A program made the translations under genes and the position numbers. Positions 37,639 through 47,731 of a stretch of DNA of 64,000 bases are shown piece after piece. Each line of letters opens with the position of its first letter. Position 1 is the first letter of the stretch. The notes under the pieces were generated by a model that saw only the letters and a program-made list of their open reading frames with translations, was not told where the DNA came from and ran no database searches. Source of the DNA: a bacterium (GTDB taxonomy: Bacteria > Patescibacteriota > Minisyncoccia > Phycocordibacterales > UBA2100); contig JAUSJH010000009.1 in the NCBI GenBank assembly GCA_030647655.1, forward strand, positions 18,196-82,195. The letters run 5' to 3'.

Positions 37639-40065
37639 ATGCTACATATCCGAAGTTTGTGGCGACATACCGTGCGTCTTTGGAAACGCATTCCCCCCTG
37701 GCTCGAGTTGAGTATAATCGGTGTTGTCGCCTTCTTTTTCATAGTCCTCGGCGCGACGGTCGTATGGGCTACCATCGCGCCGATCCCCGCCATAAACAAT
37801 TTCGAAAATCGCCAAGTGGCGCAATCGACCAAAATCTACGACCGGACCGGCAACATCGTTCTCTACGATGTGCACGGTTCGATGCGCCGTACCGCTGTCC
37901 CGATTGAAAAGATATCTCCCTACATCCAAAAAGCCGCGGTGGCGGTGGAAGATGAGACGTTTTATACCAACGCCGGCTTTCGCCCACTCTCCTTTTTGCG
38001 CGCTATCGGAGTGAACGTTCTTCAGGGAAAACCTCTCAGCGGTCAGGGCGGCTCGACCATCACGCAGCAGGTCGTGAAAAATTCGCTCCTCACGCAGGAC
38101 AAAACCATCGCGCGCAAAATAAAAGAGATAATCTTGGCACTCCGGCTCACACGGGTCTATACCAAAGACCAGATACTAAACACGTACCTGAATGAGAGTC
38201 CGTACGGCGGCACGATCTACGGAGTGCAGGAAGCGAGCCAATACTTCTTCGGCGTGGATGCCAAGGACGTGGATTTGGCGCAGGCCGCCTACCTAGCCGC
38301 TCTCCCACAAGCACCGACCTACTATTCCCCATATGGCAACCATCGCGAAGCACTTGATGAGCGCAAGAGCTTCGTGCTGTTCCGTATGAAGGAAAGTGGC
38401 TTCATCACGGATGAGGAATATGCGCAGGCAGAGAACGAGAAGGTGGAGTTTCGCGATGAGGCAGAGGCGGGTATCAAGGCACCACATTTCGTCTTTTATA
38501 TCCGCGAGTATCTCGAGCAGAAATACGGGGCCGACGTGGTCTCGAACACCGGCCTCCACGTGGTCACAACCCTTGATTATGATTTGCAGAAAAAAGCTGA
38601 AGAAACGGTCGCAAAATGGGCGCCTGATATGCAAAAGAATTTCAATGCTGAGAACGAGGGTGTCGTCGCGATTGATCCAAAATCGGGCCAAATCCTTGCA
38701 ATGGTTGGCTCGCGTGGCTACTTTGACGAGACAATAGATGGAAAAGTGAACATCGCGCTCGCGAACCGCCAGCCCGGCTCCTCATTCAAACCATTCGTCT
38801 ACGCGGCCGCCTTCGAAAAAGGCTACACACCAGAAACCGTGGTCTTCGACCTGAAGACACAATTTTCCACGCGCTGTGCGCCGAGCAATATGTCGGACAC
38901 ACCGCCCTGCTACTCGCCCGAGAATTTCGATAACACTTTCAAGGGCCCGATAACCTTGCGCAACGCACTCGCACAATCAGTGAACGTGCCCTCGGTGAAA
39001 ACGCTCTACCTCACGGGGATATCGAACGCACTAAAAATGGCGAAAGACCTCGGTATTACGACGCTGAAAGACGCGAACACGTACGGACTGACGCTCGTCC
39101 TCGGAGGCGGTGAAGTTAATCTGCTCGAGATGACGGGTGCGTACGGTGTTTTCGCAAATGACGGCGTGCGCAATCCACCTACAGGAATCTTGCGCGTGGA
39201 GGATAGTACCGGAAATGTGCTTGAGAGTTACCGAGAGGAAAGCGCGCGGGTGCTCGACCAGCAGATCGCACGACTCATCAATGGCGTGCTTTCCGACAAC
39301 GTCGCTCGTACGCCGGAATTCGGCGCCAATTCGCCGCTGAATTTCCCCGGCTGGGGCGTAGCGGACAAAACAGGAACGACTAACGACTTCCGTGATGTGT
39401 GGATTTTGGGGTACACTCCGTCGATCGCTGTCGGCGCGTGGGCCGGCAACAATGACAACAGCCAGATGGTGAAGAAAATCGCCGCGTTCATCATCGCGCC
39501 GATGTGGCACGAGTTTATGGCTCTCGCACTCGAAAAGTATTCTTCACAGTCCGATACTTTCCCAGCTCCATCTCCCGATCCAGACGTCGCGGGCCTGCCA
39601 CAGGTACTCTCCGGTAATTGGAACACCGATCCATCGCAAGGCGTGCACGACATTTTGTATTGGATAGATAAAAATAATCCGCGCGGGGGTAAGCCGAGTA
39701 ACCCAGCGAGCGACCCGCAGTTCGCGTATTGGGATTATTCTGTGTCGTTGTGGGCGGGCCAGCAGGCCGCTGTGGGGCAACCAGTGGTCCCCAACGCCTC
39801 GCCTACCGGTTTCCATATTGCCTCGCCGCAAGCAGGCGCTGTCGTTGTATTCGGTCAACCCCTGATCTTCAGCGCAAGTGCGCAAATGGGAACCATTGTG
39901 GGCGTTTCTTACTTCGTGAACGGTGGCCTAATCGGCACCACAGGACAATCGCCGTACTCAATCGCCTACATTCCAAATACGCGCGGCCCGGCGACTCTAC
40001 GCGCCGTCGCCCAGCACCCCGACTCTTCGGTCGAGGAACAAACAATTACATTTACGGTCCAATGA
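37639..40065 (+). CDS. Class A penicillin-binding protein (PBP1A family) with C-terminal Ig-like domain
   Basis: Glycosyltransferase motifs EDETF, GGSTITQQ, RKIKE; transpeptidase motifs SSFK, SVN, KTGT. Confidence 0.95.
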   Translation: MLHIRSLWRHTVRLWKRIPPWLELSIIGVVAFFFIVLGATVVWATIAPIPAINNFENRQVAQSTKIYDRTGNIVLYDVHGSMRRTAVPIEKISPYIQKAAVAVEDETFYTNAGFRPLSFLRAIGVNVLQGKPLSGQGGSTITQQVVKNSLLTQDKTIARKIKEIILALRLTRVYTKDQILNTYLNESPYGGTIYGVQEASQYFFGVDAKDVDLAQAAYLAALPQAPTYYSPYGNHREALDERKSFVLFRMKESGFITDEEYAQAENEKVEFRDEAEAGIKAPHFVFYIREYLEQKYGADVVSNTGLHVVTTLDYDLQKKAEETVAKWAPDMQKNFNAENEGVVAIDPKSGQILAMVGSRGYFDETIDGKVNIALANRQPGSSFKPFVYAAAFEKGYTPETVVFDLKTQFSTRCAPSNMSDTPPCYSPENFDNTFKGPITLRNALAQSVNVPSVKTLYLTGISNALKMAKDLGITTLKDANTYGLTLVLGGGEVNLLEMTGAYGVFANDGVRNPPTGILRVEDSTGNVLESYREESARVLDQQIARLINGVLSDNVARTPEFGANSPLNFPGWGVADKTGTTNDFRDVWILGYTPSIAVGAWAGNNDNSQMVKKIAAFIIAPMWHEFMALALEKYSSQSDTFPAPSPDPDVAGLPQVLSGNWNTDPSQGVHDILYWIDKNNPRGGKPSNPASDPQFAYWDYSVSLWAGQQAAVGQPVVPNASPTGFHIASPQAGAVVVFGQPLIFSASAQMGTIVGVSYFVNGGLIGTTGQSPYSIAYIPNTRGPATLRAVAQHPDSSVEEQTITFTVQ

Positions 40066-40082
40066 TTTATTCCCGAAGTTCC

Positions 40083-41180
40083 CTAGCGGTTCAAAGGCAT
40101 GACGAGATACGTGAACGAAGGGTCGGAGACGCCGCGGATGACTAGGGGCTTACCGGCACCGGAAAAGCCCATGATTATTGAATCGGATTCGATGGTTGGG
40201 AGGCAGTCTGCCAAGTAGCCGATGTGGAAATTGATGTCGAGGTCTTCGCCGGAGAGCGCCGCGTCGATAGAGTCGGACATCTCACCAACCTCTGCGCTTC
40301 GCGCCGTCGCGCTGAAAATCTTTCTCTTCGGATACGCGTGAAACCCCACGTGCTGATCATTGCCGGAAAAGACTCGCGCCTTGCGCAGAGTCTCGGCGAG
40401 ATCGTTTTTGAGAACAGTAGCCTCGGTCGCAAAATTCTTCGGCATGATCTCTTTGTAATTCGGGAAGGTGCCGTCCACAACGCGCGATATGTAGCACACC
40501 CCCGGGGCCGCAATCGACATTTGTGATTCGTCCGCCGAAAGTTCGACTTCGCCCACATTGACGTGCTCTAGCACGTGTACGAGTTCGAGCGCATGCTTGA
40601 GGGGAACAAGAAGCTCTACACTTTGTTTCCCCGCTACACCGGAAATTGTTTTTTCCGCTAGTCTGAAAGAGTCGGTCGCGACACAGAGGATGGCTCCTGG
40701 CTTGATAGATACATACACACTACCCAACTCCGGGCGAATCATTGATGGTGACGCGGCATACGACACGGCGGAAATGCCTCGCATTAATTCTTCTCGTGAG
40801 ACGTTTACCCCATGCAAATCCTTAGTTGTATTAAGTGCGGGGAATTCGTCGTGTGGGATTGACTTTATAAGTGTTTTCGTCCCACGTGATTCAATAACAA
40901 GATTCCCCTCTTCCGTCTTAAGTGTTACCTTTTCGCTTGATATTGAGTGTAGTGTTTGGGAAAGAACATTTGCCGGTATCGCTATAATTCCCTTATCCTC
41001 CACCTCCGACGCCACATGTATCTCTATTCCTGCCTCTAAATTAGTTGCTCGTACAGTAATATCCTTCCCTATATCAAGTAAAATACATGAAAGTATTGGA
41101 AGGGATTCTTTTTTACCAACAATACGCTCAGCCAGAACAACAGCATTTAAAATACCTTCCTTTTTTGTTCGAGTCTTCAT
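40083..41180 (-). CDS. dnaN: DNA polymerase III beta sliding clamp
   Basis: LPILS, ATNLE, ATDSFRLAE, G.FPNY, YLVMP. Downstream of dnaA. Confidence 0.97.
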   Translation of the reverse strand: MKTRTKKEGILNAVVLAERIVGKKESLPILSCILLDIGKDITVRATNLEAGIEIHVASEVEDKGIIAIPANVLSQTLHSISSEKVTLKTEEGNLVIESRGTKTLIKSIPHDEFPALNTTKDLHGVNVSREELMRGISAVSYAASPSMIRPELGSVYVSIKPGAILCVATDSFRLAEKTISGVAGKQSVELLVPLKHALELVHVLEHVNVGEVELSADESQMSIAAPGVCYISRVVDGTFPNYKEIMPKNFATEATVLKNDLAETLRKARVFSGNDQHVGFHAYPKRKIFSATARSAEVGEMSDSIDAALSGEDLDINFHIGYLADCLPTIESDSIIMGFSGAGKPLVIRGVSDPSFTYLVMPLNR

Positions 41181-41394
41181 ATATTTCTATATATAAATAC
41201 TATTACTATTATTAGTGGTGGGGATAGTGTGGAGAAGGTGATTCCCCTGCGCACTCTGTGGATTATTTAATGACTGGTATCTGTTGAAAACCTCAGTCAA
41301 TAATTCTAGCAACATGTGGAGAGCTCGTCTCATAAGTTTTTGTTGTGCATAAGTGCCATGTTGTACGTGATGGGTTCACAGACTATACACATAG
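41181..41394. other. Probable oriC (dnaA-dnaN intergenic region)
   Basis: AT-rich segment 41181-41215 with a DnaA-trio-like run TAC TAT TAC TAT TAT TAG. DnaA-box-like TGTGGAGAA (41228), TGTGGATTA (41257) and TGTGCATAA (41344). Confidence 0.8.
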
Positions 41395-42744
41395 TTATGC
41401 ATGTATGAGCGTGCGGATATGATCGAGCTCCTGCTCGAGCGAGGTGTTGGATTTAATTTCCTCTTTTATTTTTTCGCACGAGTGAATAACTGTCGTATGG
41501 TCACGACCGCCAAGCTTTTCCCCTATCGAGGGATACGAGACGCTGAATTCCTCGCGCAACATGTACATGATAATCTGGCGCGGCTTCACAACTTCTTTCT
41601 TACGGGTCTTCTCGTAGATACTTTTTTCGGGGATATCGTAGTATTGGGCGATGCGGCGCACCACTTCGTCCACCGAGACTCCGCGGTTGGGCTTCACGTT
41701 GTGTTTGATGAGCGCGCGAACGTCCGCGTGTGACACCGCCTTGCCTTTGAGCTGTGATTTACACACAATCATGTTAAGGACCCCCTCAAGTTCGCGGATA
41801 TTTCCACGCAGGCTTTCTGCGATGTATTGGACGATGTCTTCGGGGATCGAGAATCCATGCTGCTCGATCTTGGCTTTGATGATGGCGACACGGGACTCCA
41901 TATCCGGCTCGGGGATTTCTGCGATCATTCCTGCGGCGAATCGTCCCCTCAAGCGATCTTCAAGCCCCGGCAGGAGCGCGGGGTGCTTGTCGGATGAGAA
42001 TACGATTTGTTTGTTGTTGTCCCGCATCGCATTGAAAAGGTGGAACAGTTCTTCCTGCGTCTTTTCCGTGTTCGCGATGAATTGGACATCGTCCATGATG
42101 AGGACGTCGTACTGGCGGTACTGATCCTTGAAATTGTTGGCATGACCCGCGCGCACCGCATTGATGTAATCGATTGCGAAGCGTTCAGAAGTCACATAGA
42201 GAACTTTCTTGTTCGTGTGTGCTTTCTTGAAATAATTCCCGACCGCCTGTATTAGGTGAGTTTTGCCGTGCCCCGTCTGACCGTAGATGAACAGCGGGTT
42301 GTATGCAAGCCCCGGCCGCTCAAGGACTGCGCGCGCCGCAGCATGCGCAAGCTCGTTGAAAGGACCGACCACGAACGTTTCAAAAGTGTAGCGCGGATTC
42401 AGGTTGTCACGTTTGTCTATGTAGAGACTCCCGAGGTCGAGTGAGGTGTTCTCGCCCACCTGCGGCCGTGCCGGCTTGCGCTCCGCCGGGGCTGCCGTGG
42501 AGCGGTGAACTGCGTATTCGACAGTACGAACGGAGCTGTCGAGTCCGCGTAAAGCCTTCATTATGAGCTTGTGGTGCTTTTCCATGAGCCACTCTTTAAC
42601 GATTTTCGAGGGAACGGCCACGTGGACGAGTCCTCCATCGCGGCTTGCGATATCGGTATTCCTAAACCACGTGCGAAATGATGCTTCAGAAGTTCCAAGC
42701 TCGATTTGCACGAGCGCGTTCTGCCATAATTCACGGTTACTCAT
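41395..42744 (-). CDS. dnaA: Chromosomal replication initiator DnaA
   Basis: LNPRYTF, YNPLFIYG..G.GKTHL, DDVQF, NIRELEG, GRDHTTVIH. Confidence 0.98.
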   Translation of the reverse strand: MSNRELWQNALVQIELGTSEASFRTWFRNTDIASRDGGLVHVAVPSKIVKEWLMEKHHKLIMKALRGLDSSVRTVEYAVHRSTAAPAERKPARPQVGENTSLDLGSLYIDKRDNLNPRYTFETFVVGPFNELAHAAARAVLERPGLAYNPLFIYGQTGHGKTHLIQAVGNYFKKAHTNKKVLYVTSERFAIDYINAVRAGHANNFKDQYRQYDVLIMDDVQFIANTEKTQEELFHLFNAMRDNNKQIVFSSDKHPALLPGLEDRLRGRFAAGMIAEIPEPDMESRVAIIKAKIEQHGFSIPEDIVQYIAESLRGNIRELEGVLNMIVCKSQLKGKAVSHADVRALIKHNVKPNRGVSVDEVVRRIAQYYDIPEKSIYEKTRKKEVVKPRQIIMYMLREEFSVSYPSIGEKLGGRDHTTVIHSCEKIKEEIKSNTSLEQELDHIRTLIHA

Positions 42745-42825
42745 AGAAATATTCGCTATGCGCGGGAGGCCGGTCTATTATACGCGCGGATATCAAGAGG
42801 GAAAGCAGGGATATTTTCAAAGGCC

Positions 42826-42860
42826 GGGTGCATAACGTGGGGATAGTGTGTGGATGGAGA
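42826..42860. promoter_or_regulatory. Degenerate DnaA-box cluster upstream of dnaA
   Basis: GGTGCATAAC, GTGGGGATAG and TGTGGATGG in tandem, same orientation as the oriC boxes. Confidence 0.5.
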
Positions 42861-43028
42861 AATCCCGAAGATACCGCTCCATCGAATTTACTGTTTGTAG
42901 TATTTTGTCCCGTATCACCGCTACGGGGCGCCGTTGTTACCTGAATAATTGTTGCTCAAGGTTCTATGTGCGGTATCGGCGTGATTTCTCGGGGTTGTGT
43001 TGGTTGAGAAAATCAGTATAGTGCTTGG

Positions 43029-43163
43029 ATGAAACGAACGTGGCAACCGAAAAAGCGCAAACGCGCAAAGACGCACGGCTTCCGTGAGCGCTCCTCGAGC
43101 ACTTCAGGCCGCAACGTCTTGCGCCGCAGGCGCCGAAAGGGCCGCGCGCGCCTTTCAGTGTAA
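43029..43163 (+). CDS. rpmH: 50S ribosomal protein L34
   Basis: Manual translation [44 protein letters not shown]; below the ORF-track cutoff. Confidence 0.97.
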   Translation: MKRTWQPKKRKRAKTHGFRERSSSTSGRNVLRRRRRKGRARLSV

Positions 43164-43166
43164 CGA

Positions 43167-43517
43167 ATGCCCAAAAAATACCGGCTCTCGCGTGCCGATT
43201 TTGCCCGTCTCGTGCGGAGTAAGTCCACTCGCGTGCACGGAACACTTTTTTCTCTTACAATCACACACCTACCCGATGCTGCCGGTGTAAAAGCAGTCTG
43301 TGTCGTCTCTAAAAAAGTGTCCGCGCGCGCAGTCGATCGCAACAGGGTCGAGCGCCGATGCCGCGAGAGCATCCGCCCAATACTTCCTCGCATCCAAAAA
43401 CCTGTTGCCTTAGTTTTCCACGCCAAGCGCGAAGCGAGAGTTGCCTCTTTTGCAGAGATATCACGCGATGTTGGAGAATTATTGAGAGAAGCGTACGCAC
43501 GCGGTGCACCACGTTAG
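43167..43517 (+). CDS. rnpA: Ribonuclease P protein component
   Basis: RL...DF, VVSKKV..RAVDRNRV.RR.RE; follows rpmH. Confidence 0.93.
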   Translation: MPKKYRLSRADFARLVRSKSTRVHGTLFSLTITHLPDAAGVKAVCVVSKKVSARAVDRNRVERRCRESIRPILPRIQKPVALVFHAKREARVASFAEISRDVGELLREAYARGAPR

Positions 43518-43604
43518 AGGCTTCGTGAAATTGGTTTCGGTGGCCGCGCTATCTTTCCGATGCCTTTGCGTTCGGTGCCTCCAACGAGGTACAATCCGGA
43601 CACA

Positions 43605-44327
43605 ATGATCTCGTACGTTTTTCACGCCGCGATATACGACCCATTGTACAATGGGCTTGTCTTTCTCGTCGACGTCATACCGACGCACGATATGGGGCTT
43701 GCGGTTATTGCATTGACAATCATTGCGCGCATCGTCATCTACCCTCTTTCGAAGCGTGCTATTGCAACACAGATGGCGATGAAAAAGATCGCGCCGGAAG
43801 TAGAGAGGGTTAAGGTGAAACACAAAGATGATCGTGAAGCCCAGAGTAAGGCAATTTTCGCACTCTATCGAGAACGAGGGGTGCACCCTTTCGCGAGTTT
43901 CGGACTCGTACTCATCCAATTCCCGGTCCTCATCGGACTTTACTGGGTATTTTATGCGGGCGGTCTTCCGGCGGTCGACGCCTCGCTCCTCTACGGGTTC
44001 GTCCATGCGCCCGCTGCGATAAACATGTCTTTTCTTGGTTTCGTCGATATGGGAGGGCGCAATATCCTCATCGCCGCGCTCGCTGGGATAACCCAGCTCA
44101 TCTACAGCAGGCTTTCTATGGGGCCGCGCGGCTCGCAAACGCCGACCGAAGCAACGCTGTCGAGTGACATGGCGAGGAGCTTTGATATGCAGGCGCGCTA
44201 TGTATTGCCGGTCATTATCGGTGTTATCGGATACACCATTCCGGCCGCAGCTCCTCTTTACTGGACGACGAGCAACATATTCATGATCGGGCAGGAATAT
44301 CTCGCTGGCCGGCGGTTTAAAGGATAG
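43605..44327 (+). CDS. yidC: YidC/Oxa1 membrane protein insertase (short form)
   Basis: GLAVI.LT...R....PL, MKKIAPE, LY...GVHP, LIQFPVL, LYWT.SN.F.I.Q. Confidence 0.93.
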   Translation: MISYVFHAAIYDPLYNGLVFLVDVIPTHDMGLAVIALTIIARIVIYPLSKRAIATQMAMKKIAPEVERVKVKHKDDREAQSKAIFALYRERGVHPFASFGLVLIQFPVLIGLYWVFYAGGLPAVDASLLYGFVHAPAAINMSFLGFVDMGGRNILIAALAGITQLIYSRLSMGPRGSQTPTEATLSSDMARSFDMQARYVLPVIIGVIGYTIPAAAPLYWTTSNIFMIGQEYLAGRRFKG

Positions 44328-44371
44328 GTCTGTGTTTGCTCAGCGGTGGGCTGGGGGGTATAGTGCCCCGC

Positions 44372-44878
44372 ATGGAATCAGTCGGGGCAATCCTTAAAGA
44401 ACTTCTTTCCGTGATAGGTGTGCCGTACACAAGCATCGAACAGACCTCTGCCGCCGGACAGGAAATTTTCTCTATTCACACTGATGGAGACGCCCGCGCC
44501 CTCATCGGGGCACACGGGGACACCATCTATGCAATTGATATGCTGGTAAAGAAGATCTACGAAAAGCGCATGCCCGCTCCTCTTTCGGGCGAAGGGCCGG
44601 CCGAAGGAGACCATTCTGTGCAGGGAACGCGCGCGCCGATGTTTCTCATAGATGTAAACGATTACCGCGCAAAGCAGATAAAGGACTTACAAGCGAAAGT
44701 TCTCATGATGGCCGAACGTGCCCGCTCGCTCCAGTACGATGTCGAGCTATCCCCCATGACTTCCTACGAACGTTTGATCGTACACACCACACTTCAAGGA
44801 GCACCGAACGTGAAAACAGAATCACAAGGAGAGGGGCGCGGTCGCAGAGTGGTAATCAAATACTCTGCCAGTGTTTGA
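44372..44878 (+). CDS. jag: Jag/EloR KH-R3H RNA-binding protein (short form)
   Basis: LIG.HG.T, DVNDYR, L.PM.SYER..VH, TES.GEG..RRV. Confidence 0.88.
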   Translation: MESVGAILKELLSVIGVPYTSIEQTSAAGQEIFSIHTDGDARALIGAHGDTIYAIDMLVKKIYEKRMPAPLSGEGPAEGDHSVQGTRAPMFLIDVNDYRAKQIKDLQAKVLMMAERARSLQYDVELSPMTSYERLIVHTTLQGAPNVKTESQGEGRGRRVVIKYSASV

Positions 44879-44883
44879 TATTC

Positions 44884-45273
44884 CTATAATGCCGGCCTGA
44901 CGTTCTTGAACGCATTCAACTGCAAGATGTCCGGATTAATCTGGTAGAGGATGAGATAAATAGCAAGAAGAAGAAGAAGGCCAAGCGTGACTTCGCCCAG
45001 GATTCTTTTCGCCTCGGCTTTCGTGCTCCACATATCGGCAGCTCCCATATAGAGATACCCAGCGTAGGCTATTCTCAATACGGCGACTATCGCGCCGATT
45101 GCAATAGCGAATTTAAAAAGCCCGTTAACAAAATTCGAGAGATCGCCGTTCGAAGTATAAAGCTGGCCAAGCTTCGAGCCAGCCGGGGTCTCCGCAAGAG
45201 GCACGAACGTCGCGAAAAGAGCATTTTTTGCCCGAGCACGTGACCACACGATCAATCGCCTGAACATAGTCAT
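44884..45273 (-). CDS. Pilin-like protein (TrbC/VirB2-like)
   Basis: Two hydrophobic helices around AG..YM......AK..L, ending LIL..INP. Start uncertain. Confidence 0.7.
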   Translation of the reverse strand: MTMFRRLIVWSRARAKNALFATFVPLAETPAGSKLGQLYTSNGDLSNFVNGLFKFAIAIGAIVAVLRIAYAGYLYMGAADMWSTKAEAKRILGEVTLGLLLLLAIYLILYQINPDILQLNAFKNVRPAL

Positions 45274-46670
45274 GGGGCGAGGCGCAAGAGCCAGAGCGAC
45301 CGATCGGTCGCGTTTATGAATGAAATATAATTTCCACTACCGTCGATGATCGGATCCATGACGTCAACTGGTGCTCCCGCGTCCGGTGTATACACGAGCT
45401 CCGAACTGCCCGCACTCACATCAATACGCCAAATGGCGTCGGACGAATGCGCGGCGCCTCGGTACCATTCATCAAGGAAATCTCGCGATACGACCCCTTG
45501 AGGCGCCGCGCAATAGACAACGGCAGTCGTGCCTAGAGACCAGACACACTTGTCTGCAATTGTCCGAAGCGGAACCTCGACCGCGCTCGTGTTCGCGCTC
45601 AACCGCGTGAAGAGAGTGAGCGCCCCGTCCTCCGAACGTCCCCACACGAGGGCGCTTGAGGAGGCCCGAGGGAGGATTGTCAGGCCGGGGATAATCCGCA
45701 GAAGCGGGACGAGCGTGCCGTCGCCTTTGAGCTCGTAGGAGTATCCAGACACACTGTCGGCAGCTGCCTGCGTGAGAATGATACGTCCATCGGAAAGCCA
45801 AAGCGGGCGCCAATGCACGATTGGGGAAGAGAAAACCTGTTTCGGCTTTTCGCCGTTCCATTGCGCTCGAAAACCCGCTGTCCCTGCCTCGTTGCGTGTG
45901 AGGTAAAATAACTCACCGGATTTTGGATTGACAACGAGACTCAGGATATTCTTCGCAAGCATGACGCCAGAAAGCGGCGAAACAGCATCCCGCGCGCCAC
46001 CACCGGTCGAAGATGCCACCTGTATAGATCCTGCGAATGTGGCAATGTCCCCACTCCCGTCAATCGAACGCTCGTAGACGTGCCCACTTCCCATCACAAG
46101 CGCTTCGTATATTTTTGGCATGAGCGTGTTCGTCATGCGGATTACTGTCCCGGTTTCTGGGTCGGCCTCGAATACATAGCCGTTAGAGCGCTCAACATAG
46201 CGCAAAACCGGGCGCGCTGAATTTTTCGAGAACGCGATACCCGCGACGGGGGCACTAACCACATGCCACAATTGAGGCGGACGGTTTTTTGGTGGAGGTG
46301 CAGTCGACGTACGCGCCTGCACAGAAGTATCAGTACCAAGCAGTTTGCCGAAATCTCCACCAAATGATCCGCTGGTCGACAGCGCAGGCACGATTGCAGA
46401 TTCTCCGGTGAGAACATTCCAGACTCTAGACAAAAATCCAACGTTTGTCGGAGCAGGAGATGATTCGGGGGCAGGCGACAGTAACTGTGATGCATTTCCC
46501 CCCGCGTCCCCGAGAGGGGCCTCTACTCCGTATCCTCGCGCCTCGTCTTGCGACAGGCTCGTTTGTGATTGTGTGCGTAGGAAAAAGTACCATCCAGAAA
46601 GTCCTCCAAGCATGAGGACAATAAGCGCCGCAAGAATATACTCGATGATCGTTCGCGTATTCATATTCAC
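45270..46670 (-). CDS. Membrane-anchored beta-rich (propeller-like) hypothetical protein of the T4SS-like cluster
   Basis: N-terminal TM and repeated beta strands (RYVER..G.V, T.ADKCVW, F.N..D.SLW.L). Confidence 0.6.
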   Translation of the reverse strand: MNMNTRTIIEYILAALIVLMLGGLSGWYFFLRTQSQTSLSQDEARGYGVEAPLGDAGGNASQLLSPAPESSPAPTNVGFLSRVWNVLTGESAIVPALSTSGSFGGDFGKLLGTDTSVQARTSTAPPPKNRPPQLWHVVSAPVAGIAFSKNSARPVLRYVERSNGYVFEADPETGTVIRMTNTLMPKIYEALVMGSGHVYERSIDGSGDIATFAGSIQVASSTGGGARDAVSPLSGVMLAKNILSLVVNPKSGELFYLTRNEAGTAGFRAQWNGEKPKQVFSSPIVHWRPLWLSDGRIILTQAAADSVSGYSYELKGDGTLVPLLRIIPGLTILPRASSSALVWGRSEDGALTLFTRLSANTSAVEVPLRTIADKCVWSLGTTAVVYCAAPQGVVSRDFLDEWYRGAAHSSDAIWRIDVSAGSSELVYTPDAGAPVDVMDPIIDGSGNYISFINATDRSLWLLRLAP

Positions 46671-47731
46671 TGTGTAGTGTTACGGAACTGGTCTTGGAGT
46701 GGCTCACTTGACGATAGCATGATGTTCCACACACGCTTCACGTCCGTGTAGAAATTGCTCGTGTGCGTTAGCTCGAGCTCGATAAGCGCGATTCCGTTCG
46801 AGTTCGTGGCATTTATGGTGATTTCGCTCGGAGCACTCGCGCTTCGTGGGACCAAGGCACCGTTGACCCGCCATCCATACATAAGAGTGGGGTCGTTGAC
46901 GCTCCGCGCTTGCGAGAAATACGGAACGGCCGCGAATGTCATCTCGGACTCTGGGATGAAGGTAGAAGCGCCGAGTGAGCGGTGGTAGAGAATTCCGTAG
47001 AGCGGATGGTCCTCGTAGAGGGCGAGCATTGGCTCGACCGATTGCGCGGCGACACGCGCTTCTCCCGAGAGCACTCCGTCTTGGGTGCGGACCTCGACCG
47101 AGAAGTTGTCGGCTCCGTACAGATGAAGAAAAGGAATATGAACGCTCGATTTCCCGCGCCCCGAAATACTGCCGAGTACTTCGCCATTTCTGCGCCACGT
47201 ATAGATGAGGTCGGAGGCTGCGATCAGCGGCCCGCTCGGGCGCTTAAAGCGCGGGATGACTGAAAGCTCTAGGGTCGTTCCGGCCGAGACGAGCGCTCTT
47301 CCGCGATAGAAAGGCGGAATATAGGAATCCGAGTCAATAAGTAGGTCAAGCTCGGTTGGAATAATAATCGCCCGTCCGGAAGCCGAGACCCAGTCCGGAG
47401 CGATTACGCCGACTTCGATGTCAGTCTCTACTCCTAGAGCCCCTGCAGTCACTTGCGCTGAGTCAACGCCGACTCCCTGCGCGATTGTTTTGCCGTTCGC
47501 GCGCCAGAGTATCGTGCTTGTCCCAAGGTCGAGCACGGAGCTCTTCACGGCGAGTTCCACGGTTTCTCCAGGGCTCGGGTGAAGTGGAGAGAGGCTGATA
47601 GAAAGTGCGCGCTCTATTCCGAGAAGGCCGAGCTGTGCGTGGGCACGCAAAGGAAGAAGGATTGTGCATAAAAATATTACACTGCCTGTAATTATCAGAT
47701 ACCTTACTGTGACGCCCCGCAACGTACTCAT
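46667..47731 (-). CDS. Secreted Ig-like hypothetical protein of the T4SS-like cluster
   Basis: Signal peptide (AHA-Q), P.PGE.V, SY.PPFYRGR, L.Y.W, A.PYF. Confidence 0.6.
   Translation of the reverse strand: MSTLRGVTVRYLIITGSVIFLCTILLPLRAHAQLGLLGIERALSISLSPLHPSPGETVELAVKSSVLDLGTSTILWRANGKTIAQGVGVDSAQVTAGALGVETDIEVGVIAPDWVSASGRAIIIPTELDLLIDSDSYIPPFYRGRALVSAGTTLELSVIPRFKRPSGPLIAASDLIYTWRRNGEVLGSISGRGKSSVHIPFLHLYGADNFSVEVRTQDGVLSGEARVAAQSVEPMLALYEDHPLYGILYHRSLGASTFIPESEMTFAAVPYFSQARSVNDPTLMYGWRVNGALVPRSASAPSEITINATNSNGIALIELELTHTSNFYTDVKRVWNIMLSSSEPLQDQFRNTTQ

Noticed and set aside
43518-43604. Expected yidD between rnpA and yidC
   Set aside because: The 87-bp gap has no YidD-like ORF (no CRFxPTCS motif).
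44572-44600. Possible palindromic insertion in jag (PAPLSGEGPAEG)
   Set aside because: Only a 5-bp GCCCG/CGGGC stem and no second copy in the window; too weak without an ortholog alignment.
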